DNA of 63,354 nt, filler included, from Reticulomyxa filosa (lineage: Eukaryota > Protista > Foraminifera): NCBI GenBank assembly GCA_000512085.1. It is 15 parts of 15 records of this genome, joined end to end, with 100 filler letters (N's around TTAATTAATTAA, not from the genome) between each part and the next. Parts side by side here need not be neighbours in the genome. Positions count along the whole stretch, not along the records: positions 51,565 to 54,049 come from ASPP01022305.1; positions 54,150 to 56,759 come from ASPP01016831.1; positions 56,860 to 58,348 come from ASPP01008079.1; positions 58,449 to 61,348 come from ASPP01002019.1; positions 61,449 to 63,354 come from ASPP01012972.1; 10 more parts are not named here. One strand, written 5' to 3'. Made by a program: the position numbers and the translations under genes. The notes below the pieces were generated by a model. It worked only from the letters and a program-made list of their open reading frames with translations, searched no databases and had not been told where the DNA came from. This document shows positions 52,150 to 63,354 of this stretch, piece by piece (positions within the stretch are counted from its first letter, which is position 1; the number at the start of each line of letters is the position of its first letter).

Positions 52150-54049
52150 TTAAGAAACAGGAGACAAAAAAGTGATGACTTGATAATGAAACACATTAGT
52201 ATCAAAATAAAATTGAACCCATTTCTTATCAATTTCTTTGAAATCTTTAATAAATTTTGGAAATTTGGACTTATAAAATCGATAAAAATGGATTCGTTCT
52301 GTTGAATTAAGATATAATTGAAAATAGATTTGATTTGTGGATGCATCACGACGATAAAATGCCCCTGTTTGAATGGTGTGGATATTTGCTTTTGCAACAA
52401 GTGCTTGTTCCACTGCTATTCCATTACACACCTCTTCATATGGAACTTTCAATTGTTTCGATAGTAATTCCATCAATTTTGAGTGACTGGGAGTTTGTGT
52501 TGATGATTCATTCAATGCATTTGATTTACTATCACCTTTTACTTTATTTGTATTTCCACTCATTGTATCTTCATTGATGACCATATTGTAATTGCTTTTA
52601 TTGAATAAAAAACATCCACCTTCTTGATTACGAAACCATTGATAAATGACATCGCCTAAACGAATTCGATATCCGACATTGTGACTTCGCATATAACAAT
52701 TTTGTGCATTTGTTTGAATTGGACGATATGGCCAATGCTTTACAATCGATAATACATTTACCTCACGAGGAGGAAAACATGATTCATTATTACCATTGCA
52801 ATACAAATGTTTCATACTTTTTTTGCTATCACTTTCTCTAAATTTGGTTACATTTTTAATATATCCTTTTAACCATTCTTTGTTTTGATCAATGTTTGAA
52901 CCATTCCATTGAAAATATGCAACTAAATATGGTTGTATCAAATCACTTTCATTCTTTGGATGAGGTGTATTCGATGGAACTGTTTCCATCCATCGATTAT
53001 CTACTCTCACCAAAATAGAATCTGATGTTTTACACAAACTTAAATAAATACAATGATCTTTATGACCAACCACCAAACTCATTTCATTACATTTATTTGA
53101 TGAAATTGTCTTCATATTCATCAAACGATCCACCACATTGCAACTCCAATCTTCAATCAAATTTGGACATTTATGTTTAAATTCGTCAGTGATAATATAA
53201 TCCCAATATGTTGTCAATTGCACTTGTAATTCTTTCATTCCTTTTTCATACATTTGTTCAAATGTTGTACCTCTTGGTAATCCAATGAAATTTCTTCCTT
53301 CTCGTTTCAATCGAATACATATTTCAAATAACAAAAATATTCGAGTGATTAGAAATGGTAATGGATACCATCCTTCATCAAATCTTTTTTTATTTGTATT
53401 TTCAGCTTCAATTGCTTTTACATTTCTACTTGCTGCCCAATACAATAAATTACTTTTGATTACTGTCTCTTTTAAATCATTCTGACTCACTCCCAATAAG
53501 GAAGTTACGCCTTCTTGCAATAATGTTTCATAATTCTCTTCATCAATGGATTTGGTAATACCCTCTTCATCAACCAATTTATCTTTCACATAATCCATTG
53601 CATATTCAATTCTCTTCATTGGATATATGGTTCGTTGTTTTAATATCCATTTACACATGTCCATTGCATCTAAATACTCTTTATTATTCTTGTCATTTTT
53701 GTGTTTCATAATCAATTCCATGATATTTTCAAAAGGAGTTCTCAAAACGGAAGCATTGATAGCACCCTCTCTGACATCAATCCATGCTCCTTTTTCAATA
53801 CAATACCTTGCGACATCCCAATGTTTGTTATTGATTGCCAAATGTAATGGAGTTTGTCGATATTCATTGCATGAATCATTTATGTCAATATGAGGGTTAT
53901 TCTGCAATATAAGTTTCAATTGTGATAAATCTCCTAATTTTGCTGCTTCATGAAGAACAGTGTAATTACCCTTATATGAATTTTCATTATTTAAATGTTG
54001 TAAAACATTGTTATTCGAACAAGGATATGCAATATCTTCATTACCATAA
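52150..54049 (-). CDS. Ankyrin + CE-clan protease-like domain + extra C-terminal domain; paralog of the 3' part of the NLR-like gene (5' partial)
   Basis: The frame is open to the contig end (...TVLHEAAKLGDLSQLKL). It aligns residue by residue with 22500-24000 (QTPLHLA, ELQVQLTTYWDYI, MSLVVGH..HCIYLSLCKTS.SILVRVDNR) and retains QTNAQNC. Confidence 0.85.
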
Positions 54050-54249
54050 NNNNNNNNNNNNNNNNNNNNNNNNNNNNNNNNNNNNNNNNNNNNTTAATTA
54101 ATTAANNNNNNNNNNNNNNNNNNNNNNNNNNNNNNNNNNNNNNNNNNNNTTTTTTTTTTTTTTTTGGTATCCCTTTTTTTTAAAAAAAATGGTCGGTCGC
54201 GTGATGAAAAGTTTTATTTTGAATTGATTGGTTGAGCAACAAACAAAGC

Positions 54250-55934
54250 CATATGTGCGTCCTCAACAATAAAAGTGTTTAACTGGAAACGACAAGTGTG
54301 GCAGCTCTTGGCTCGTTGGTTCGCAATGCTCGTTCTCCGAACAAGTCGCACTCTTTCAATTCTCCGAATTCGCCACTCTTTTTGCTCCATCGAACTATGC
54401 CCTACAATTATTTTATAATTTTTATTTTTATTTTTATTACTATGAAAAAATCAAGAAAAAGAGGCATCAAACGTAAATTTTTGTTGATTTTTTTTTTTGA
54501 AAAAAAAAAAGAGTTGACAAAACTGATCGAATGACATAAAATTTGTCACCAGGATCGCCCTCGCTGAAAATGATGGCCCCTTTTTGATAGTGCTTGTGTT
54601 GGAAGGTGTCGCAGACCCTTTCAAGTTCCGACTGCAGCAAAGGATGGAACAAAGTAACCTTTTTCAAAAACTCCAAGTGTTCCGCATATAATTTGCGATG
54701 GAACTGCTTTCTCACGCGCAAAAACTCGCTTTGATGGATTTCCCACGCTTGCGACTTTTCAGTTGCCTATTTGAGGCAAGAGGGGGGAATATATACAATA
54801 TCACATATATATATTATGTATATGATATTGTATATAAAAATATATAATGAAACATACCACAATGCTGGCTTGCCTCGGCTGACTGTACAACAGCGCCAAT
54901 TCTCCAAACGTGCCTCCTCTTCGATACTCTGTGACTTTGACTCCGTCCACCAGACAGTCGAAATGGCCGCTTTCGACGACGTAGAAACAGTGATCGATGT
55001 CGCCTTGGCGAATGCAGTATTGGTCTTTTTTGTACTCTTTCAGTTCAAAGCACCCGATTATTTGCATCTTTAACAACAACTCGTAGTCGTTGAACAAGTC
55101 GTGGTTCGCCACGCGGTCCAGCAACCACTGCATTTGTTCTGGCGTCAATTGTTTTTTGTCTCCGTCGTCCTATTTTCGTTTTATTCATTTTATTATTATT
55201 ATTATTATTACATTATTATTCCTTCTTATTCTTTCATCATCATTCATATGCAAAAAAAAAAAAAAAGTATACGTATGCATATGAAACATATCCCATGAAC
55301 CAAAAAAAAAAAAAAAACTTCTTTAGAATCAGCAGACTCTTTCAAAGGGGTCAAAAATGCATTTCTGTGTGCTTGTCGGTTTGCAAAGCGGATTTGTGGA
55401 TTGCCGTGTAATGTCTTTTCAAACAGTTTGCGATTGCACACCAAACACTTGGTCAACTCGGTCGCTATCAAATTCGCATTGCGGCGAGTGTTTTGCAGCA
55501 ACGCCTGTTCTCCTGCATAGTCGCCTTGTTTCAATGTTGCCAATTTTCCTCCTTGTTCCGTTGACACTTCTACTGCTCCCTTTTTTTTTTTCCAAAAAAA
55601 AAAAAAAAAAAAGGGGTTTAAAAATACGTTCACCCCTTTTATGCTTCACATATATGTATACGAACATTTTGTACTGTTCGGCAGAAATTATATGCGTTTT
55701 TTTTTTTTTTTTTTTTATGTACGAAGAGTTTTCACTAACTGATACGATGATGTAAAATGAATCCCCTTCCTCTCCTTCTTTCATAATGTACTCTCCTTTT
55801 TGAAACTCTTGATGTTTCAGCCCTTCTGCCAATTTCTCACGCTCGGATTTTCCCAGCCCCGAAAGCAAAGGGACTGATTCCAAAATCTTTTTTATATCCA
55901 GTTGCGGTTCTGTGCCTGTTGCGGAACCAAACAC
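54250..55934 (-). CDS. Tandem cNMP-binding domain protein (at least 3 domains; cGMP-dependent kinase/PKA-R-like), 3' partial
   Basis: EYIMKEGEEGDSFYII..GEQALLQNTRRNA; CIRQGD...FGELALLYSQPRQA; IFSEGDPGDKFYVI...FGERALRTNEPRAA. No kinase domain is visible before the contig ends. Confidence 0.85.
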
Positions 55935-56332
55935 TTTTCCTTTGTTTCTTTGTTTTTATTTCCTCTTTTGTTTTTTTGCTGTTCTTTAGTTGAAAACACA
56001 TAACTTTGAGTCATTGTACCCTGACAAATTTATCTTAATTTTACCACAAAATTTAAAAAAAAAAAAAGAACAATATTCACTTTCGAACTTTTTGTTTCCT
56101 TTCTTTTACACGTGCTTGGCTGAAGTTGTTGCTCTTGTTTTTCAATATATTAAATTCCAATCGCAAGATTTCTTGTACTCACCAGTCAAAAACATACATT
56201 CGTTTAACAAGACGAATGTAAAAGCAGCACAAACGAGTGAATGATTGAAATTAAAATACCACGACTTTGTGTACCTTCACCCGAGGGGGCTTGGCAGTGC
56301 AGTTTTTTTTTTTGCCATTGATAATAACAAAA

Positions 56333-56698
56333 ATGACTTTTGGAGGAAGATTTTTGAAACATGTCCTTCGGTCACCCGCGACACGTGTGTTAGCTCTTGC
56401 AGGGGTGTCAGCATCGGGCAGTTCTACACAAAAGACCCCACAAGCAGACGCAAAAGCCACCACCAGTTTGCGAATCGCAGTGATAGGGAGCGGGATAGGC
56501 GGTAGTTCATGCGCGTACTTTCTGCGTCAAACCTACCCGTTCCCTTTGACCTCAAAGGCATGTACCATCGACATCCACGAGCGAGACAACCACATCGGCG
56601 GACGTGTGCAGTCGATCTCGCTTCCCAACAGTAAAGGCGGCACGCACGTGATGGACATTGGGGCCGGTATTTTCATCGAGCAAAACAATACGTTTTGA
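56333..56698 (+). CDS. FAD-dependent oxidoreductase, prenylcysteine oxidase-like, first exon
   Basis: LRIAVIGSGIGGSSCAYFLRQ...IDIHER..IGGRV...DIGAGIF: a Rossmann GxGxxG plus GGR motif as in PCYOX1. Confidence 0.7.
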   Translation: MTFGGRFLKHVLRSPATRVLALAGVSASGSSTQKTPQADAKATTSLRIAVIGSGIGGSSCAYFLRQTYPFPLTSKACTIDIHERDNHIGGRVQSISLPNSKGGTHVMDIGAGIFIEQNNTF

Positions 56699-56719
56699 CC
56701 TTGCAACAAAAGTTCACTT

Positions 56720-56758
<39 letters not shown>

Positions 56759-57717
56759 GNNNNNNNNNNNNNNNNNNNNNNNNNNNNNNNNNNNNNNNNN
56801 NNNTTAATTAATTAANNNNNNNNNNNNNNNNNNNNNNNNNNNNNNNNNNNNNNNNNNNNCTTTAACTCATTCGGGTAAGCCGATGGAAGTTTAAATTTTT
56901 AAGATCATCCCAATTTTTTCTTTTTTTAATATTTCGTCGTACGTTCGCTCGACAAATTATTTTTCTTCAACGACACTTCTGAAGTTATTATATACTTCAT
57001 CTTGCTGTTTACCAGGCTTACTAGTGGACCAGCACTCGACCTCTACCCCAACTAAGTGGATCTATAATTTCATCGTTTCGAGACTCCCTTTTTTTGCTAA
57101 AAATAATTCAATATTTGCAAAATTCTTATCTTTGAACGTGATTATAACATTGACTCTTTGATAATGTGAAAGAACACACTTTTAGACAAGTGATTGGCTT
57201 TTTTCTCGTTTGCCGTCATTATATCCGCACCTTGAAATTTATGGATACATTTTAGATTATTAACATAACAACAAATGTTGATTTTATTAAATTAAATGAT
57301 TTATAATTTAATTGTAAAGTCAATCACAATCCCGTTGTGCAAACATAAAGATTGATTTGAAGAAATGAGAAATAATTGTTATTGGTGAGCATTTTTTTGT
57401 AAAATTATTTTTTAAACGTCTTTTTTGCTTTTTTTCACAATTATTCCTTCTGTAATCTGTTCAGTAAAACTTTTCCAGTTCCAAGTATAAATATTTGCAC
57501 CAAAAAGATGGAATAATGGATACACGTGCGTACTCAGTGTTAAACAAGATCTTTTAAAAAATTTTTAATCTTTATTGAAAAAAAATCACACGTACTATTA
57601 AAATCCATTTTTCATGTTGCTCAAAATTTTTTGAAACCCCTTTCATTTCCCTTGAGAAAAAAAGTTCAATATCTTCCATTTTACATCATCAAAAACGATC
57701 TTAAGAAAAAAACAAAA

Positions 57718-58348
57718 TGACGACTCTAGCAATGAGAAGCAAACTTCAATACAACTAGCATTGGTAAGCTTTAGTACAAGCTTTCAGGCTGTTGCCTTTT
57801 TTCTTTTTGTTTTATTTATTGTTTATAATTTGTGATTCAAACAGTCTAAAGAAGAAAAGATTCAAGTAATCGTACAACATTGGATTCGAGTATTGAAAAT
57901 CAAATTAGGATGGATTAATGAGTTTGACAAGTTCGTCATCAATTATGTTAGTTCATTTGTTCTTTCTTTTTTTCAAAATTCTAGTCAAAATATTCAAATG
58001 TTTATTTAATATAGGCATCCACTGTCTTCATGTTTGATATATTTCGTTCGTCATCCAAATTAATCAGTACATTCACTGGACATACAAAAATTGTGTGGAG
58101 TATTGATTATTCAACATTTGATGATTGTCAATTCATTTGTTCTGGGTCACATGATAAAACAATTCTTGTATGGAATGTCGATAACAACAAACAAATTCAA
58201 TCATTCAATGGACATTTAGAACCTGTGTATTGTGTGAAATTTTCGTCATATCATTATCATAGCCAAAATGTCATTTGTTCTTCATCATATGACAAAACCA
58301 TTCGTTTTTGGGATTTCAAACATAATAGTCAATTACAAATATTCAATG
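57718..58348 (+). CDS. WD40-repeat protein, 5' part (3 exons)
   Basis: IQVIVQHWIRVLKIKLGWINEFDKFVINY, then FTGHTKIVWSIDYS...ICSGSHDKTILVWN...FNGH...SSYDKTIRFWD. Confidence 0.85.
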
Positions 58349-58489
58349 NNNNNNNNNNNNNNNNNNNNNNNNNNNNNNNNNNNNNNNNNNNNTTAATTAA
58401 TTAANNNNNNNNNNNNNNNNNNNNNNNNNNNNNNNNNNNNNNNNNNNNCAAGAACCAAAAGAAACTTTTTGCTAATTGAAAAATTTTTT

Positions 58490-61348
58490 TATAAAGCTTT
58501 TATAGTAGTTGGATTTTTGTAATATTGTGATTTGTGTATGATTTCTTACCTTTTATTACTGTTTTTTGCAACATTTTTTGTTGAAGTTCATTTTTGGAGG
58601 ATTGTTGTAGTGTGTTCAGTATCTTAGTGTTGTATGTGACTGTGAGATGTGGAAGTGCTTATTAAAAATTAAAGCATATCTTGACATCAGTTGCTTTAAT
58701 AGTACAGAGGTACAAATTACTGGTAATTGATATTGTAATTCTTTTACTGGCAACAGGGCTTGTGATATAAGATCGAATATTGCTTGCATTGATAGTGTTC
58801 GACTAATTTGAGAAATTAGCAATTTAGAAGCAAATCAATTGTTTTTGTGATTGACAGAGATCATAGAGTCAGATAACTTCTACTGAACATCGGGCAAAAC
58901 CGAAACATAATAGATGATAATAATATCGTGAAAGTGATCAGGACGGCAGAGACATGGTTTTTACAATATAAGGAGTATAAGACATTCGCTGATGAACAGA
59001 AGAAACAGCGTGAAGAAGTAGTGACTAATCATGAAGTGAATAAAAATCAAGGAATTGGAAAATTATGGATATCAAATACATGAAGTAAAACACCAATTGT
59101 TAAAGTGTTGCTATCCAATACTGAAGATATTGAAAGACAATGATATTATATTGGATATTCAAAGTTGAACCATTTGACTATAAATTGAGCCATATTGCTC
59201 GTGAATGCCCAAGGAAGCGCAAAGTATGTAAGTGTTGTGGATTGGCAAATCACGAGCGACAAAATACCGACACAAGAATGATCCAAGCAAACACAAATGT
59301 GTTTTATGCCAAAAACAGCATCCAAGTGATTCATTGTAATGCGATGTGATTCGCAAAGCAAGAGAAAAGCTTGGTATCAAATTGACAAGGAAGGAAGATG
59401 CATTATTGAAGAAAAAGACATATCAGCACATTCCAATTAAATCAAATGTGCAGCGACAACCAAAAAATTATTCTTATACGGATGCTGCCAAAGATCAAAT
59501 GGAAATAAAAGCAAGAATGGACCTCAGAAGCCAAAGAAGAGGACCAGTAGAAAGAAGAGTAAAAGAAATAATAATAATGAATATGCGAGCAAAAAAAAAA
59601 TATATACCATTCATTGATTTTTCCAGGAATAGCGTCAGCCCCTTGCAAATTTTTCGGAAAGATTTCAAAAACTTTGCATTTTATTGGTAGGTATTCATTG
59701 AGAAATGTCGAAGTTACCAAACTTATCGACATTTAGCAAGGAAATGGCGAGCAACAAAGGTCAAATGACGGACAAGAGCATTGACTATTTTGCAGTCGCC
59801 AACTACGACAATATCATCGTCAGGACAAAGAAGTCCGAATACAAAGAATGATAAGATGTTGTTATGATGACCACAACGACAAATAATGAAAGAAGATCAT
59901 CTTTGGATTTATCTTCTGGGTCGAGAGGAACGAAGAGACTCTTTCAAGAGATGAAGAACAATTGACAAGCAAGAAGATAAGGACGAATCATGTGTTGATC
60001 CATCACAGAACGAAGAAGATGAATAGAAAAAAGAACTGAACAACGACAACATTTGGAAGGAAAGAGATCTCCGATACTTGTGATCACACCAGTGAATGGA
60101 AGATTATTAAACCTTCGTCATCGGTGTTGAAATTGGTTGGCGTGGAAACGTGAAACAATTGGTGACAAAAATCAAAGCGCAAACGTTCTCGCAAACTTGG
60201 AGAACACTATTTGTGCATTTCGATAGCAAACAAATAAATGAGACGAAAATGAAAAAAAAAACAGGAAGTGTAAGATCCTGAGAGAATCTGTTTGTGTTGT
60301 TGAAAAATATCTTCAAGTGAAAGCGAAGAAGATATCGCAGAAGCATTGAGAGAGATGGGATTTAAAGTGGAGAAAGTGGAAAGATTTAAAGGCCTTCCAA
60401 TTGCGAAAGTATTGTTTGGAACATCAGATAAAGAAATCAGAATTGGATACAGATTGGCGAAGTGCGGGCTGTTCGATAAATATAAAAGCAGACTATGTTC
60501 GCATTTCATTCAGTGCAGGAAGTGTTTTAGATTGAACCGTTTCGCAAAAGATTGCAGCAGAAGACAAGCATGCAAGTATTGTGGAATGAAGAATCACAAA
60601 TCAGATGACTGCAATCACAGAAAGAAGCCAAGCAATAAGAAATGCGCCTGTGTCGTGGAAAGCATGCAAGTGATTCTGTGTTATGTCCTGTTATCAGGAA
60701 AGTTCGAGAAAAGATTGGCATTCACTTCTGAAGAATGAACGATCTCGTGATTCTTTAAAACAACATCAACGGCTTCTATTCGAAAAAAAAAAAAATTAAA
60801 TATCCACTTCATTATCATTAACTTTTCTTAAAAAGTTGTATTTTGAAAGAGATTGCAGTTGGAAGTGTCAAGATACCTCGACATCTCTTAAGTTTTGAAG
60901 GGGATTTTGAAAGTAAAGTATATCAAACGTCGTATAGTCCAAGAAAGTTCGGACCAAGAAGAAAGAAAATTCTAACTAGAAAATTTTTAACTAGTAAAAA
61001 ATTTTTTTTATAGTGATATAAATTTTTTTTTATAGTAGTTGGATTTTGTGAAATTGTGGCTGGAGTGTGACTTTAAACTATTTTGCTACCCTTTGGCAAC
61101 GTTTTTGTTACAGTCCATTTTGGGGGGCTTCGTCGTCGGTTCAGCATCTAGTGTGCTTTGAGAGGTGGAAATGCTTTAAAACTTACTGCATATCTTGTCC
61201 TCAGTTGCTTTAGTGTATCGTGGCGCAAACTACTGGTAACTGATATAGTAACTCTTTTACTGGAAACGATCATTGTTTAGCCTTAAGAGTGTTCGACGCT
61301 TTCCTCGAGGTAAATACCCTAATTTCTACTGAACATCGGGCAAAACCG
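58490..61348 (+). mobile_element. Tandem/nested decayed non-LTR retrotransposons (gag-like zinc-knuckle ORF1 x2, start of APE-endonuclease ORF2, duplicated ~400-bp leader)
   Basis: Zinc-knuckle clusters lie at ~59180-59350 and ~60510-60690 (CRKCFRLNRFAKDC, CKYCGMKNHKSDDC, C.LCRGKH...C). At 60735, MNDLVIL*NNINGFYSK matches the APE N-terminal strand. The segment 58500-58902 is repeated at 61030-61348. Confidence 0.8.
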
Positions 61349-61448
61349 NNNNNNNNNNNNNNNNNNNNNNNNNNNNNNNNNNNNNNNNNNNNTTAATTAA
61401 TTAANNNNNNNNNNNNNNNNNNNNNNNNNNNNNNNNNNNNNNNNNNNN

Positions 61449-61878
<430 letters not shown>

Positions 61879-61888
61879 CTTTCCCGAA

Positions 61889-62833
61889 CTATTCTGATGT
61901 TTGGCTATATCTGTATGAATACAACGGAATATTCAATTTTTTAAGCCTTTCTTTTATCGGTTCAATTAAAGATTCTGCAGATTCTTTACCTCTTTCATAT
62001 AATAATTCTTTTTTATCATCATCAAATAATCCTAAGCCTTCCAAATTTGGATGTATATCAAAGTCAGAACATTGGCATTTCAACCTTGATAGCTCGTAGT
62101 AATATAGAGATATTGATTTATAAGTTAAATTTAACATGTTTGAGAGACCACCAGTTTCAGGTTTGCTTGCAATATCTATTGAAATAATAACTTTAGGATT
62201 GAATTTCTTAGCAATAGTTACAGGTACTGGTTCTAAAACCCCCCCATCTACTAAGGTTCTATGATATATTTTTACAGGTGAGAAAAATGGAGGAACAGCT
62301 GAAGAAGCATGAACCGCAGGTACTATTGGACCACTCCTGATTAAGTAGATTTCATTATTTATAATATCAGTAGTTACAACAACTAAAGGTATATTTAGAT
62401 CTTCTATTTCTTTGCTATTTAGCTGCTTTCTCAAATAATTTTCATAATATAAACCTTGGATTGGAGCAATTAAATCAAATAAGGATCTTAATCCATTTAA
62501 TATTGATAGATCTAATATTTCCCATTTTTTGACTTTCATTAATTTATTTTTTAAATCTACAGCATTTGGATGATCAGCATATAATGCTCCTATAGCGCTA
62601 CCTACACTTGTACCTACAATAAGATCGATTGGTATGCCATGTCTTTCAAAAATTTCAAGCACCCCTACATGTGCCATACCTTTAAAACCACCACCACCTA
62701 AAACTAAAGCAACTCTAACATTTTCAATCGGAGGAGGTGGGGGAGGACAATCTGGCATATTCAATGGAATATACTTTGGTGTACAGCTTGTTGTAAAAAT
62801 TAACAATATAAGTAAAAATACTCGTCTCTTCAT
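61889..62833 (-). CDS. Patatin-like phospholipase with lipoprotein signal peptide, bacterial
   Basis: MKRR-hydrophobic-FTTSC lipobox, LVLGGGGFKG, GTSVG (GxSxG) and LVDGG. Confidence 0.92.
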   Translation of the reverse strand: MKRRVFLLILLIFTTSCTPKYIPLNMPDCPPPPPPIENVRVALVLGGGGFKGMAHVGVLEIFERHGIPIDLIVGTSVGSAIGALYADHPNAVDLKNKLMKVKKWEILDLSILNGLRSLFDLIAPIQGLYYENYLRKQLNSKEIEDLNIPLVVVTTDIINNEIYLIRSGPIVPAVHASSAVPPFFSPVKIYHRTLVDGGVLEPVPVTIAKKFNPKVIISIDIASKPETGGLSNMLNLTYKSISLYYYELSRLKCQCSDFDIHPNLEGLGLFDDDKKELLYERGKESAESLIEPIKERLKKLNIPLYSYRYSQTSE

Positions 62834-62880
62834 AATCCTAAAAAATATATTCTAAAGAAATAATAGAAAATCGTTTGTAA

Positions 62881-63354
62881 TTAATCAAGTGTTTGGCGAT
62901 ATTTTGCGATAATTTCTGGTAATATTTCTGATAAAGTATTTCCTTTTAATAAAATCTTCCTAGTAATTCTTAAAAAGTGAGTTAGAGGTAATATAATTCT
63001 CCTATAGGCTTGTGCCCAATACGGCATACCTCTAAATGGGAACATAAACCCGGATAACATCAAAGATGGTAAAAAGAAAAAAATAGACATCTGGTTAGCT
63101 TGTAACTGGTTTTGACAAACTATAGAAATAATAAAACCTACAGCTAAATTTGCTGTAATAAAAATAATTGAGCAGAATGTTAATAAAAATATACTGCCAA
63201 GGATAGGCACATTAAATAAATATGGGATTGCTAACATTTAGATACATGTTATATTAGGGGAGCAACTAGTATGGAGTGATGATGCATTGCAGGTTTTGTA
63301 ATTCAGAAAGATATGTCAAGCATGGTTTAACAAGAGGTAAACAAAGGTTTTTAT
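62881..63354 (-). CDS. ABC-2 type transporter permease, 3' part, bacterial (frameshifted)
   Basis: NQLQANQMSIFFFLPSLMLSGFMFPFRGMPYWAQ...LPLTHFLRITR.ILLKG. Confidence 0.88.

Noticed and set aside
18712-54049. Immune gene cluster of NLR, GTPase, GPCR and the protease paralog
   Set aside because: These lie on different contigs joined artificially, so their proximity is not evidence of linkage.
58865-58910. Hammerhead ribozyme (CTGA...GAAAC) in the retroelement leader
   Set aside because: The core reads CTGAACA instead of CTGANGA, so the C3-G8 pair is lost. Stems I and III and the cleavage triplet are not conserved in the second copy.
5961-61448. Recurring palindrome TTAATTAATTAA as a biological repeat or CRISPR-like array
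   Set aside because: It is always flanked by 44 N on each side, so it is an artificial six-frame-stop linker. No repeat-spacer array was seen anywhere in the window.

Overview
This window is not one locus. It is 15 short contigs joined by 14 artificial 100-bp spacers (44 N + TTAATTAATTAA + 44 N), so nothing can be inferred from gene order across a spacer. Thirteen contigs are AT-rich, intron-containing eukaryotic DNA. Their WD40, Kelch and NACHT-HEAT families and many WD40 pseudogenes are typical of the foraminiferan Reticulomyxa filosa (inferred from family patterns, not from a search). Two contigs are bacterial: a GC-rich one with a SulP-STAS-cNMP transporter, and a very AT-rich, endosymbiont-like one with hemB, a patatin lipoprotein and an ABC-2 permease. 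Recognisable host genes: NOL11/Utp8-like, DUF1764, a TPR protein, an importin-beta-like protein, INCENP, WBP1/DDOST, MAPEG, eIF3d, a TEY-type MAPK, a multi-cNMP (PKG-like) protein and a prenylcysteine-oxidase-like protein. Mobile DNA: a Tc1-like family (one decayed element, one MITE, one TIR fragment) and tandem non-LTR retrotransposon relics. The most notable candidate system is an intronless NLR-like NACHT-HEAT-ankyrin gene with no N-terminal effector. It ends instead in a domain with Ulp1/CE-clan protease catalytic spacing (H..D..QxxxxxC). A paralog on another contig keeps the Cys, while the NLR-linked copy has Gly there. A class C GPCR with a Pmp-like beta-helix ectodomain and a GBP/VLIG-like GTPase are also unusual. 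Many frameshifts fall in homopolymers and may be sequencing errors.
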